Source: an uncultured Armatimonadia bacterium (GTDB lineage: Bacteria; Armatimonadota; Zipacnadia; CAVVLO01). Taken from it: DNA of 64,000 nucleotides. A program made the translations under genes and the position numbers. Below are positions 41,501-51,892 of the stretch, in pieces. The stretch lies in NCBI GenBank assembly GCA_963749155.1, contig CAVVLO010000003.1:515352-579351 (forward strand), given 5' to 3'. The notes beneath the pieces were generated by a model, which saw nothing but the letters and a program-made list of their open reading frames with translations, was not told the DNA's origin and searched no databases. Every line of letters begins with the position of its first letter. Position 1 is the first letter of the stretch.

Positions 41501-41593
41501 GAAGAGGAGCCGGAGGCGATCGAGGTCAGTAATAACGCCGTTGAGGTAGCCTTCGCGCCCTTTGAAGTGAAGACCTTGCACATCACCCTCTAG
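38510..41593 (+). CDS. Alpha-mannosidase, GH38
   Basis: GHSHIDTAWLW, WLPDVFGYS, GYGDGGGGP, GELYLEAHRGT, NQFHDILPGSSI and RFEVCAHKW. Confidence 0.95.
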   Translation: MSLLVDKKILGKLKDIEGRYFLLLFEKVGLAEARMAETKDHFRTVPGPEAGLEWEPAEPGAKWGGDWITAWFVADYTASVADEGKPLFLKGNPGAEALFFVDGEPNGVFDPNHPVVRITGKAVAGKTYQLALEAYAGHTFPGTQPNEVARPVGRDSRTFGGMEVGFIREDIAGFCFDLRTLIQLVEVLDGNTLRRNKVMKGLEQVFAIVDALPGEGSEDHWRPRLAQAREVMKPLLESVNGPTTPWMPIIGHSHIDTAWLWTLAETWRKCARTFSSMLNLMDQYPELLFIQTAPCHAEKMLELYPSLFERMKAMAAEGRWEPNGAMWLEPDCNIPSGEAFARQLLVGQQFTREHFGYTSNTLWLPDVFGYSAALPQLLKGAKVDYFCTTKIAWNDTTRFPYDTFWWKGIDGTEVVAHYNAIHCWPAPADLTNQWNWVQHKDAQDRRISSFGYGDGGGGPMADMVEMARRCQDLEGCPKAVWSRVDDAMRAIEADLGANLPTWQGELYLEAHRGTLTSVAGIKRGNRKTEFALRETEFLSTLAMLAGASYPQAELLALWKTLLTNQFHDILPGSSIQEVNDEAIATFARCIADAQALSAEALAALGAGEGEALLVANSLSWERQGEVELDLVPDGMAPAGCQSQWVQGACGCPKLVAAGLAIPALGTQVVELVPASEGGASAFRVTEEELETPFAVLKFDEQGRIVSLVDKASGRQVVKSGGALNTFWIGEDLPQSWDNWDVDNDQLLKMEQDFRLISRRVVADGPLQLRLRSEYELGAGSRITQDMVFHSTTPRVDFDTVVDWHEIHKLFKTGFELAVMIESAKHEIQYGHVDRPTHRNLPQDIARFEVCAHKWTDLSEADFGVALLNESKYGISVIGTDARLSLIKSGTHPDPRGDEGRHQFTYSLLPHAAFGVENVVREAYELNLPLTAVRAAPDAKALPGLLTVDDPNVIVEAVKQAESGEGFIVRLYEAGRGGRKARITFGLPVKAVSQTNLLEEEPEAIEVSNNAVEVAFAPFEVKTLHITL

Positions 41594-41615
41594 GCAGGAC
41601 GCATCCAAAAGGCGT

Positions 41616-41648
41616 AAAAGGGCCTCCGGAGCCATCCGGAGGCCCTTC
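41616..41648. terminator. Bidirectional terminator
   Basis: AAAAGGGCCTCCGGA-gcca-TCCGGAGGCCCTT. Confidence 0.75.
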
Positions 41649-41658
41649 TAGTTGAGAG

Positions 41659-44377
41659 TTATAACTGGCATAAGTCGCGTCGGCGACGGATAGCCTTTTC
41701 GACCTCGATGATGAGGAAGGTTAATAACGCAGCCACTGTCACGTGTCCCCAAACAGAAAGAGGCATACTACCTGTCTTGAAGACAGCCTGTAAGGCAGGG
41801 AGTTGGGTTACGGCAATCTGGGCGCCCACCATTAGTAGCACACCAAGCCAGGTCCATGGATTAGAGAAGAATCCCACCTTTTGCGGTAGCGCGCATAGAG
41901 AGCGGCAATTAAAGAGATACATAGTCTGGATAAAGACTATCGTGTTGACGGTCGCAGATCGCCGAGCCTCAAGGCTTAGTCCATTAAGGCCTTCCCACCA
42001 GAACAGCAAATAGGACAACACCAGCATCATGACAGATACCAACAGAGTCCTGAACAAGAGCTGCGTATTGAGAATAGGTTCCTTGGGAGACCTGGGAGGA
42101 CGCGACATCAAGCCTTGCTCCTTGGGCTCGAAGGCAAGCGTCATTCCGAGTAAAACGGCAGTACTCATGTTTATCCACAACACCTGAACCGGCAGTATGG
42201 GGAGTTGTGAAAGCCCAACCACCACTGCCACCGCCGTAATGAGGCCTTCGCCCCCATTAGTTGCAAGAGTCCAGGTAATGAACTTGCGCAGGTTCTCGTA
42301 AACACCGCGGCCTTCCTCAATCGCGGCGGCAATTGTGGCAAAGTTGTCATCGGTGAGGATGGCGTCAGAGGCCTCTCGTGCGGCTTCCGTGCCCTGAAGA
42401 CCCATTGCAATGCCGACATCGGCTTGCTTGAGTGCTGGAGCATCATTCACCCCATCGCCGGTCATCGCAACGATGTGACCGCTGGCCTGAAGAGCGCGCA
42501 CCAGACTTAGCTTCTGCTCAGGCGCAACGCGCGCAAAAACAGCCACTTTATCAGCGAGCTCCGGCAGCTCTTCTTCTGAAGTAGCCATGACCTCGACACC
42601 TGTCATAACCTGCAGGCTTTCCCCATCACGACTCAAGCCACAAGCCTCGGCAATAGCCCTGGCAGTCAGAGGATGGTCGCCAGTTATCATCTTGACCTTG
42701 ATTCCAGCGCGATGGCAGTCTTTTATAGCTTCGATCGCTTCTTCACGGGGCGGATCAATCATCCCTACCAGCCCAAGAAGCATCAAGCCAGTCTTCAAGT
42801 GAGAGTGATCAAGTTCGTCCTGATCCGAGTCGGCATAACTGCTGGCACAGACCAGAACTCGCAAGCCTTTGGAAGCCATCTCTTCGGCCTGGTTTCGCCA
42901 CCAGTCAGGATCTATCTGATCCAGAGTGCCTTCACTGTCCATCTCGGAATTACACAGCCCAAGCACTCTCTCGACCGAGCCCTTGACGAATATGCGCCGC
43001 CCGCCATCGCCAGGCAATTCGTGCAGTGTCGCCATATACTGGCGCTCTGATTCAAAGGGGATGGTATCAATCAAGGTAGTTTCGCTGATGAAAGCGCGAG
43101 CGCGAGGCTCTACCTTGAAGCCCAGTGTTCTAAGGGCGCCTTCGGTTGGGTCACCTTCAATCTCCCAATGACCTTCCTTCTCCACAAGGCGCGCTTCATT
43201 ACATAACAAGCCGCAAGATATCAACTCGCGCAGGGCTTTTGAGTCACGAACGCTTATGTCTGAACCGTCTTTTTGCAGTGTCCCTTCGGGTGCATAACCG
43301 CTCCCTGTAACCTCATAACTGGTGCGCGAGGCGACTAGAGTTACTGCGGTCATCTCGTTGCGTGTCAGAGTGCCTGTCTTGTCAGAACAGATAACTGTAA
43401 TGCTGCCCGTGGCTTCGACTGCGGGCAGCCGGCGGATTACAGCCTTACGCCTGGCCATCTTGGTGACACCAAGGGCCAAAATGATGGTGACAGCTGCCGG
43501 GCAGGCCCTCGGGGATAACTGCCACTGTCATCGCAACTACAGCCAGGAACATCTCTGCGGGCTGATGGCCCTGGATTATGCCAAAGCCGAAGGTGAGCAA
43601 GCCAAACAGGAGGATCGCCTTGGTCAGTTTTATACTGAAGGCCGAGAGTTTGCGTGTAAGAGGTGTCTCAAGTTGAACCGCTGTTTTTATGAGGTGGGAT
43701 ATTCGACCAAGCTCAGTTGCGTTGCCTGTTCCAATTACCACTCCAAAGCCTTGGCCATAAGTGACCAGTGTGCCTGAATATGCCATATTATTACGATCGG
43801 CTAGTCCTGTAGCTTCTTCAAGCGGTTCTGTCCGCTTCTGCGATGGCACCGATTCACCAGTAAGAGTAGATTCGTTGATCTGGAGCTCCTTGACTCGAAT
43901 CAAGCGCAGATCGGCAGGCACCCGGTCACCGCTGGCTAACTGGATTATGTCTCCAGGAACAATCTGACTGGAATCGATTTGCATCAACTCGGCTTCCCGC
44001 AATACCCGGCTTGTGACTTTTACCAGCTTGCCAAGGGCATCAATAGCTCCCTGAGCCCGAGCTTCCTGGATGTACCCAACAATCGCATTCACGAGCACAA
44101 CGCTGAGTATGACCAGCACTTCTGGCAAGTTGTGGGGCATAGTGGCTGTTAGTGCAGCCGCAGCCAGCAGGATGTAGACAAGTGGATTATGGAACTGCAG
44201 TATAAATCGAATATAGGGTGAGACAGCAGCCTTCCCCTCTACAATATTTGGGCCTGCGATTGCAAAGCGATGTGCAACTTCAACCTCATCGAGGCCATTG
44301 ACAGCATCACTTTCCAAGGATTCAAGTACTTTGTCAGTTGTGAAGGCATGCCATTCCTGTAGTTCTTTCCAGGCCAT
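41659..44377 (-). CDS. Cation-transporting P-type ATPase (P2A/PacL-CtpF-like), frameshift ~43460-43500
   Basis: TGES, IPEGLP, phosphorylation motif CSDKTGTLT, MITGDH, TGDGVNDAPAL and DDNFATI. Confidence 0.92.
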
Positions 44378-44487
44378 TCGTGAGATTACCTCCCCCTCGT
44401 GTGGTCTGCAAACAGCCAAGTATAACCTAGAGCAACACTGGAGTTCTGCCGGGCCTAATCTACAGGCACTGCCTGGCTACTCAACCT

Positions 44488-46007
44488 CTATTCTCTCGGT
44501 CCGAGATCGCGCAGGTCTTTGGTCGGCGGCCGGTAGTAGATAGGGAGGCGGGCCACCAGGGCATCTACCCCCAGATAGAAGCCTGTCGACTCAGCGCTCT
44601 TCCCCGTGCACTCGAAACGCAGCGTATGCGGCCCGGCGGCAAGCTCGCGGTAACCGAGTTTGTGGTCCTGGACTACTGTAGAGGGATCATATACGTCCCA
44701 TACGCCGACTTCTTCGCCATCAAGCAGCACCCGCCACTTGCCATAATCGTAGGAATGGACCACCGCAAGACGAGGCTCGCCCTCGAAGGCCTCCTCCAGC
44801 GTAAAGGGCAATTCCAGGAAAGCCCCTTCCGCCTGGCCCCGGAAGAAGAGCTGCGCCCCTCCGCTGCAGATGCCAAGCTGCTGAACGACCAGGTCGCCTT
44901 CGGAGTGCTGCGCCGCCTCGAAACTGCTTTCCGCCTCGAAAAGGGCGCGCTCGGTGAAGGGCAACCGCTCCGCTGCCGTCGGCAGCGCGGGCCAGGGCTT
45001 GTGAGGCTCGCTCTGGTACCAGTAGGCGACACTGCTCATCAGGTCGTCGCGCTCGATGTGGCCCGAGACCTCACCGCTTGGATGCGCATACCAGCCACGA
45101 TGCTCGATTGTCACGCGCAGCGACTTGGTGAAGTTTACCGGATCGGCGATATGCCAGCGATAGGCGCTGCCCCGGTCGCCCGCCTCATAGCCTTCCCACA
45201 CGGGCGTGCCATAATACGGGCCATCCTGCACGCGGAAGCCCCAGGCATCGCAGAAGTAGTCTTCCGTGCCTGTACCCTTGAGCCGGGCGTCCTCTTCCCC
45301 ATCGATGAAGAAGGCGTCATCGCCCTCCCCATACCATTCGCCGGACATCAGATAGACACTTTGCACAGTGCCTACGTAATGGCCCTTGCCCCGGATATCG
45401 GCAAGCTCGTAGTCCCGCTGCATCACGCAGGGATACTCCTGCCTGTACATCGCGTGGAAGTAATAGCTGTCGGGCGGCAGCTCATCAAGCTTCTGCCAGT
45501 CCACATAGTAATAGAAGGCGCGACAGGGCTCGGAAGACTCGTTGGTGACCTCGATGCGCGCCGACTTGGCGAAGGGCATCGGCCAATAGCAGTTGCGCGC
45601 CCGGCCATCGGAGCTGACCTTCACCGGAAGCGAGGTAAAGGCGACGTCCATCCCGTTGCCGATACCGAAGAAATCGCCAATTGGACACTCTACACTCGGA
45701 TGCTTTTCGCCGTCCCACCAGATACGCAGCACCATCTGGCGCGAGTAGAAACGCGCCGGGTGGTTGATGGTGGTCCATATATGCGTGATCTTGCCCGGTC
45801 CTTTCAGGTCGGCCAGGACCAGCGTTGAGCCTGGGTCCATCCACCTGCAGTCGGCGTTGCCCCCGGTCGGGTCGAAGGACGATTCGCGCATCGTATCGCC
45901 GGGCTTGGCGCGTTCAAGCCCCCCAGGGGGTCGCCCAGCGGGCCATCGGCAGAAGCAAGCAGGGCGAAAAGCAGCAGCAGGAGAATCAGAGGGAGCAAGC
46001 TGGGCAT
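44488..46007 (-). CDS. Secreted GH172 (DUF2961) glycoside hydrolase, copy A (frameshift ~45910)
   Basis: Signal MPSLLPLILLLLLFALLASA, GPGKITHIW, NCYWPMPF, WYGEGDD and GTGTEDYF, plus an extra C-terminal beta domain. Confidence 0.88.
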
Positions 46008-46070
46008 AAGGCATCGCCTCCTGAACTCTGGGACTGCCTTCTTGTTCGCCGGCCTGGAGGGCTCTCCTGC

Positions 46071-46108
46071 AAAACAAAAGGCCCCCGGTACTTGCCGGAG
46101 GCCCTTTG
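46071..46108 (-). terminator. Terminator between the two GH172 genes
   Basis: Minus strand AAAGGGCCTCCGG-caagta-CCGGGGGCCTTTTGTTTT. Confidence 0.65.
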
Positions 46109-46129
46109 GACACTCTTTTGCCTGAATTT

Positions 46130-47654
46130 CTACTTGGCTTGCAGGTCGCGCAAGTCCACGCTCGGGTCGCGAGAATAGACCGGCTCGCGCAACAGGATGA
46201 CGTCGAAGCCCAGGAAATAGCCCCGCGAGTCGAGATTCTTGCCCACGCACTCGAAGCGCAAAGTGTGCTGCCCAGCCGTTAGCGTCTGCAAGGGCAGCCT
46301 GTGCTCGTCCTTAACCACATTTTCACTGTACAGATCCCAATTTCCAAGTGGCTTGCCATCCAGCAGGGCGCGATATTTGCCGTAGTCCCAGGATTTGACC
46401 ATCTGGATGACTGGCTGGCCTTTTATCTCCTCGGGCAGGTTGAAGGTGACCTCAACCCAGGCGTCCTGGTCGGTCGGGTTGAAGAAAAGCTGCTTGCCGC
46501 CGCTCATCTCGCCCAGGTCCTGGGTTGTGAGCACATGCTCGGAATGAGTGGCGCCCTCGACCAGGCTCTCCCCCTCCACCAGCGCGCGTTCGGTAAAGGG
46601 CAACCGGTCCTTGCCCGGCGGGCAGCGCGGGCCAGGGCTTATGAGGCTCGGTCTGATACCAGTAGGCGACGCTGCTCATCAGGTCGTCGCGCTCGATAAA
46701 GCCGCTAAAAGTGCCATCGGGGAAGCTCTGCGAGCCCCAGTCCTCGATCTCGACACGCAGAGACTTCTCGAAAGCCACCGTATCAGCGATATGCCAGCGA
46801 TAGGAAGTGCCTCTGTCTCCGGTGTCAAAGCCTTCCCATACGGGCGTGCCATAATAGGGCCCGTCCTGTTCGCGGAAACCCCAGGCATCGCAGAAATAGT
46901 CCTCGGTGCCAGTGCCGCGCAGGCTTGGTTCAGCCTCCCCATCGATGAAGAAGAAGTCATCTCCCTCTCCATACCAGCCGGGGGAGGTGTGATAGACGCT
47001 TTGCACCGTGCCAACATAATGCCCCTTGCCCCGGATATCGGCCAGGAGATAGTCGCGTCCCATAATCGTGGGGTATTCCTGGCGATACATCGCATGGAAG
47101 TAAGGCGTGCCCTTGGGCAGGCTGGGCAGTTTCTGCCAGTCTACATACCAGAAGAGTGCCTGGCAGGGTTCATCGCAGTCGTTGGATACTTCGATACGCG
47201 CAGACTTCGCAAAAGGCATCGGCCAATAGCAGTTTCTCGCGCGCCCATCCGAGCTGACCTTCACCGGCAGCGAGACGAAGGGGACGTCCATCCCGTGGCC
47301 GATGACGAAGAAATCACCAATCGGCGCCTCGACACTGGGATTCTTTTCCCCATCCCACCAGATGCGCAAGGTCATCTGCCTCGGGTGGAAACGCGCCGGA
47401 TGCATAATAGTGAACCAGATATGCGTGATGCGGCCTGGGCCTTCGAGTTCGGCGATTGTAAGACTCGAATTAGGCCCGATGCCCCTGGCGTCTCCGTTGC
47501 TGTGGTACCAGCCAGGATCTGATGAAGACGAACGCAGCGTCTTGAAGTCTTTGGGCGCATCCAGTCCTTGAAGCGGGTTGCCCGTCAGCGCCTGCGGCAG
47601 CGCCAGCGCCGCGAAAGTCAGAAGCAACAAGGCAGTAATCAAGGCAGTTCTCAT
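46130..47654 (-). CDS. Secreted GH172 (DUF2961) glycoside hydrolase, copy B (frameshift ~46610)
   Basis: Signal peptide, GPGRITHIW, NCYWPMPF, WYGEGDD and GTGTEDYF. The C-terminal domain is in ORF 46130..46603. Confidence 0.88.
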
Positions 47655-47681
47655 TTTTGGCTCCTCCCTTGAAGAAACAAT

Positions 47682-50048
47682 CTACTTCCCAACTGTAACT
47701 GTGACCGGCGCCTCTGGAATCAGGCCGACCTCGAACCGGGCGAAGTCGCCCTCGATTTGCACAGTAATCGGTTTCCCGTCCACCAGCACTGTTACCTGCT
47801 TGCCGACAAAGGAGGCAGGCAAGCGCAAGGTGACCTGATACAGACCTTCTCCCACGAGACTCACTTTGGTAGAACTCTCATCCCAGCGCCCCGAGACTGT
47901 CACTCCGTTGCCAGTGCGAAGCCGCTTGAAGCTCACGCCGCGCTCCCGGTAAGAGGCAGGCAGGTCTACGAACAGGCGCAGACTGTCATCCCAGATAGAC
48001 CCACTGACCAGTTGCCCCGCCAGGGCAGCCAGGTAGGCGCCGTGGGCGCTGGTATAAGGGCCAATCCCCTCCAGCGGGCCGCCGGGGATTATCTCGCAGA
48101 ACTGTGCAGGGCCGTAGATATGCCTCATACCGCCCTGCATCTCGTCTTCGGCGACTTCCTGCTGGGCCATATCGAGGCGCATATCCGAGAGCGCCGACCA
48201 GAAATAGCACCAGGGCTGCTCGGTGCCATATTCTTCAATCCAGCTTTGCACCGCCCGGTTGCGGCGGAAGACGTCCAAATCGACGAGAGGCGCCGCTTCG
48301 GTCGGATAGAGCAACATCGAGAGCCACATCCCAGGCCGGGGCACATGGCGCGACTGGTTGTAACCCTGGGGGCCTTGTTCAAGCTGGAGCTTCGCCACGA
48401 TCTCGCGCCAGTGGGCTACTTCAGCGGCGTCCAGTCCCAGTTGCTCCGCATAATCGGCTGTCTTGGTCAGGATGACCGCGAACCAGGCGGTGGAGTAAGT
48501 CTCGTTGCTCTCCTCCACCTGATTGGCATCGAGGCCCGCCGTGCCGCCGATGTAATGGTCGCCCTCTTTGACGAATTTTTCGGCGGCGAGATAGGTCGCA
48601 ACTTTGCGCAGCAGGGGGTAGCTGGTCGAAGCGAGGAAGGCTTCATCTTTGGTGGTCTCATAGTATCTGATAGCCGTCATCGCGTGCGAGGCGTTGACCA
48701 TAAACCCGCTGTCGCCCCATTTGGGATTCATCCCCTGGGTGCCGTCGTGGCGCGTGATCCAGTGGAAGGAGCGCCCTTCAGGAGCGACGACCTTGGCAAG
48801 CCAGGTGATGACCCGGCGCACGGGGGCAAGCTGGCCTGCGGCGATGAGGCCATCGGCGGCGAAGTCGAGATCCCAGAAAGTGCCCCCGCCCCAGCATTCG
48901 GGATGGAACATCAGAAACTGCAGTGGCATACCTGTCTCGAAGCTTGTGCCACAGCGGAAGAGATAGAGGCTGCTGGTCCACATCAGCTCTCGCAGGGCAT
49001 CGCCAACGTGAACCTCGCCAGCCTGACTCCAGTAGGTGGCCCAGTCGCCCTGGTGGGTCGCTAGCAAGCCATCGAAGCCTTGCTTGAAGAGTGCATCGAA
49101 GGCGGCCTGGACGGCTTCGGGAGTGACTTCGCCGAAGTTTGGGTTGCCGATGAAGAAGACGACATCTCGGTGGACCGGCGTCGCGGTGACCTCAAGGCGC
49201 AGCTCCAGCTCGAGCCGGCTTTCACTGGCGGAGGGCCGGCAGTGTCCAGCACAGGCGAGGCCGTAAGCCAGTTGGTACTCTTCGTAAGCCTTGGTCGCGC
49301 CAGTTGTGAGCGCGCGGCCAGTCAGCAGCGCCCAGCGATCGCCAGTCTCCTGCGTCGTGACTTCATCCAGGATTGGCGCCCCGCCACTGCGCTCGCGCAG
49401 GTGGACGTTCAGCCTCGGCCAGAGGCGCGCCCGATGCGGCTTGCCGTCGGTTGAGACGAGGGAGAAACGCGCATAGACCGACTGACCTTGCTGCGGCGCA
49501 AAGACGGTAATAGTCAGCGCAACGCCCGACTTAAGTTCAAGCGTCGTGGCTACCTTGGCCCTGGCGAAATCTGTCACCCGGCGCCATTGCTTCACCTGGC
49601 CCTCAAGCTGCGTCGGATGGAAACGCTGGCCGTCCACTTCGATTTCATAGTCCGGCCAGCCCAGCGGGAAAAGGTTGAACGTCTCGGTGTTCGGCCCCAG
49701 TACCCCGCCAAGCAGTCTCTCGCCGAAGAAGTAGAGATCATCTGTATGCCAGTAATCGGGCTTGCTATATGCGGCAGTGCTGGCAAGCCTGCAGTCCAGG
49801 CTCTGAAGGCCCGAGGCGTCGACCGCCATACCCAGATAACCGGTGCCCACATAAGCGGGCAGGATGCGGTCAGGCAGAAAATCGGAAGCTTCAACCACCT
49901 GGCTTGCCGTGTAATCGACAACTGCCGAGTCGGCGAACAATCCGCGTTCGCCCTGATGCAGTAAACTCATTGAGACTCCCTCTCTTGCTTGCGCCAGTGC
50001 GGCTGAAAGCAAGCCTAGAGTAATCAGGATTAGTGTGAGGCGAGGCAT
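47682..50048 (-). CDS. Secreted (alpha/alpha)6-barrel glycoside hydrolase, GH65/GH95-like
   Basis: Signal peptide, PAYVGTGYLG, GFDGLLATHQGDWATYW, WGGGTFWDLD, RYYETTKDEAFL..YPLL and VSFKRLRTGNGVTVSG. Confidence 0.6.
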   Translation of the reverse strand: MPRLTLILITLGLLSAALAQAREGVSMSLLHQGERGLFADSAVVDYTASQVVEASDFLPDRILPAYVGTGYLGMAVDASGLQSLDCRLASTAAYSKPDYWHTDDLYFFGERLLGGVLGPNTETFNLFPLGWPDYEIEVDGQRFHPTQLEGQVKQWRRVTDFARAKVATTLELKSGVALTITVFAPQQGQSVYARFSLVSTDGKPHRARLWPRLNVHLRERSGGAPILDEVTTQETGDRWALLTGRALTTGATKAYEEYQLAYGLACAGHCRPSASESRLELELRLEVTATPVHRDVVFFIGNPNFGEVTPEAVQAAFDALFKQGFDGLLATHQGDWATYWSQAGEVHVGDALRELMWTSSLYLFRCGTSFETGMPLQFLMFHPECWGGGTFWDLDFAADGLIAAGQLAPVRRVITWLAKVVAPEGRSFHWITRHDGTQGMNPKWGDSGFMVNASHAMTAIRYYETTKDEAFLASTSYPLLRKVATYLAAEKFVKEGDHYIGGTAGLDANQVEESNETYSTAWFAVILTKTADYAEQLGLDAAEVAHWREIVAKLQLEQGPQGYNQSRHVPRPGMWLSMLLYPTEAAPLVDLDVFRRNRAVQSWIEEYGTEQPWCYFWSALSDMRLDMAQQEVAEDEMQGGMRHIYGPAQFCEIIPGGPLEGIGPYTSAHGAYLAALAGQLVSGSIWDDSLRLFVDLPASYRERGVSFKRLRTGNGVTVSGRWDESSTKVSLVGEGLYQVTLRLPASFVGKQVTVLVDGKPITVQIEGDFARFEVGLIPEAPVTVTVGK

Positions 50049-50115
50049 AAAGACGCTCCTTATACAGGCTAGGGCACTAGGTTTCGGGCTAGGTGACGGC
50101 TTCCCTGCCCGGCCC

Positions 50116-50143
50116 TTGCCCAAAGCCTTCGGGATGGTACAAT
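50116..50143 (+). promoter_or_regulatory. sigma70-type promoter for the rhamnosidase gene
   Basis: TTGCCC-N16-TACAAT with an extended -10 TG. Confidence 0.5.
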
Positions 50144-50186
50144 ACCCGCGCAGCAAGCACTCACTTTAGGTACAGGGGGAAGCCCG

Positions 50187-51841
50187 ATGGTTCAGCGTGT
50201 AGAGCCCGATCCGCGTGTCCGCGCTTATGTTATGCCTGCCCGCATCGTCTGGAAGAGCGGCGATGAGGAGAGCCTCCAGAACGCCGACCAGTTGCTCGTG
50301 CCTGGCAGCGGTCAGGTCACTATCTGGGGCGGCAATTATTGCATCCTCAAGCACACCGGTGAGGCGCCAGGCTTGCTTTTGGACTTCGGCAGAGAGCTGC
50401 ACGGGGGCGTCCAGATCGCAGTACGTCACACCGGCGAAGGCAATAGGCCAGTCCGGGTACGTGTTCGCTTTGGCGAGTCGGTCTCCGAGGCGATGGATGA
50501 ACCCAACCAGGATCACGCCGTCCACGACAATATCTGCCACTTGCCCTGGTGCGGCACCCACGAGGTCGGCAACACGGGTTTCCGCTTCGTGCGCATTGAT
50601 TTGGTAGATCCTGGCACCCAGGTCGAACTACAACAGGTGCGGGCAGTCTTCCTCTACCGCGATCTCGACTATATCGGCACCTTCCGCTCGAATGACGAAC
50701 GGCTCAATACCATCTTCGACACCGGCGCTTATGGCGTGCATCTCAATATGCAGACTGGTGTCTGGGATGGCATCAAACGCGACCGGCTCGGTCTGGATAG
50801 GCGATATGCATCCCGAGACGACGGTCATCTCAAAAATTTTCGGCGACCAGGAAGTCGTGCGATGGAGCCTCGACCTCACGCGCGATGAGACGCCCTCTGC
50901 CGAACTGGATGAACGGCATCAGCAGTTATTCGCTCTGGTGGGTCATCATCCACCGCGACTGGTACCTCCACCACGGCAATCTGCCCTATCTGATGCAACA
51001 GCGAGAATACCTGACCGCCCTGCTTGCGCGCCTCGCGGCCCTCGTGGATGAGCAGGGCGTAGAACGGATGGACGGGATGCGCTTCCTCGACTGGCCGACC
51101 AGCGAGGACCCGAACGCCGTGCATTGTGGCCTGCAAGCGCTGCTCAAGTGGGGTCTCGAGGCCGGCGCAGAGCTGTGCGAGGTGCTGGGAGAGACTGCCA
51201 CCGCCACACTTGCGAGCGCCTCCGCCAGGCGGCTGGAGCAGCATATACCCGACCCCGGCCAGGTGAAGAGCCCTGCCGCGCTGATGGCGCTCTCAGGCCT
51301 CGTAGAAGCCGCCGAGATCAACGCCAGGGTGCTCTCGCAGGACCAGTTCAGTGGCATCTCGACCTTCTACGGCTACTATGTACTGCAGGCGCGGGCCAAG
51401 GCCGGCGACTACCAGGGCGCGCTCGACGTCATCCGCAAGTTCTGGGGCGCGATGCTCGACCTCGGCGCGACGACCTTCTGGGAAGATTTCGACCTTTCCT
51501 GGGTCGAGAACAGTGCGGGGATAGACGAACTGGTGCCAGAGGGGATGCGCGACATCCACAAGGACTTCGGCAGCTATTGCTACAAGAGCCTGCGCCATTC
51601 GCTCTGCCATGGCTGGGCTTCAGGCCCGACCGCCTGGCTGTCCGAACATGTCCTCGGCTTCAGGCCGCTCTCCCCCGGCTGCAAGCAGCTTGCCATCCAG
51701 CCGCACCTGGCCGACCTCGAATGGGCTGAGGGCAGCTTCCCCACCCCTTACGGCACCGTCTGGGTGAAACACGTGAAGCAGGCCGACGGCTCCATCCTGA
51801 CCGAAGTTGAAGCGCCAACGAGCGTGGAAATAGTCCAATAA
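50187..51841 (+). CDS. Alpha-L-rhamnosidase, GH78 (frameshifts ~50790 and ~50895)
   Basis: LLDFGRELHGG, TGFRFVRID, WDGIKRDR, WIGDMHPE (alternative frame), GATTFWEDF and SLCHGWASGP. Confidence 0.88.
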
Positions 51842-51861
51842 CGAAAAAACTGCTACAGGAG

Positions 51862-51891
51862 AAACCGGAGCCCTCGTGGCTCCGGTTTTTT
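51862..51891. terminator. Terminator between convergent genes
   Basis: AAACCGGAGCC-ctcgt-GGCTCCGGTTTTTT. Confidence 0.75.
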
Positions 51892-51892
51892 G

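Noticed and set aside
38435-41635. 575-aa and 481-aa minus-strand ORFs
   Set aside because: Antisense shadows of the GH38 alpha-mannosidase.
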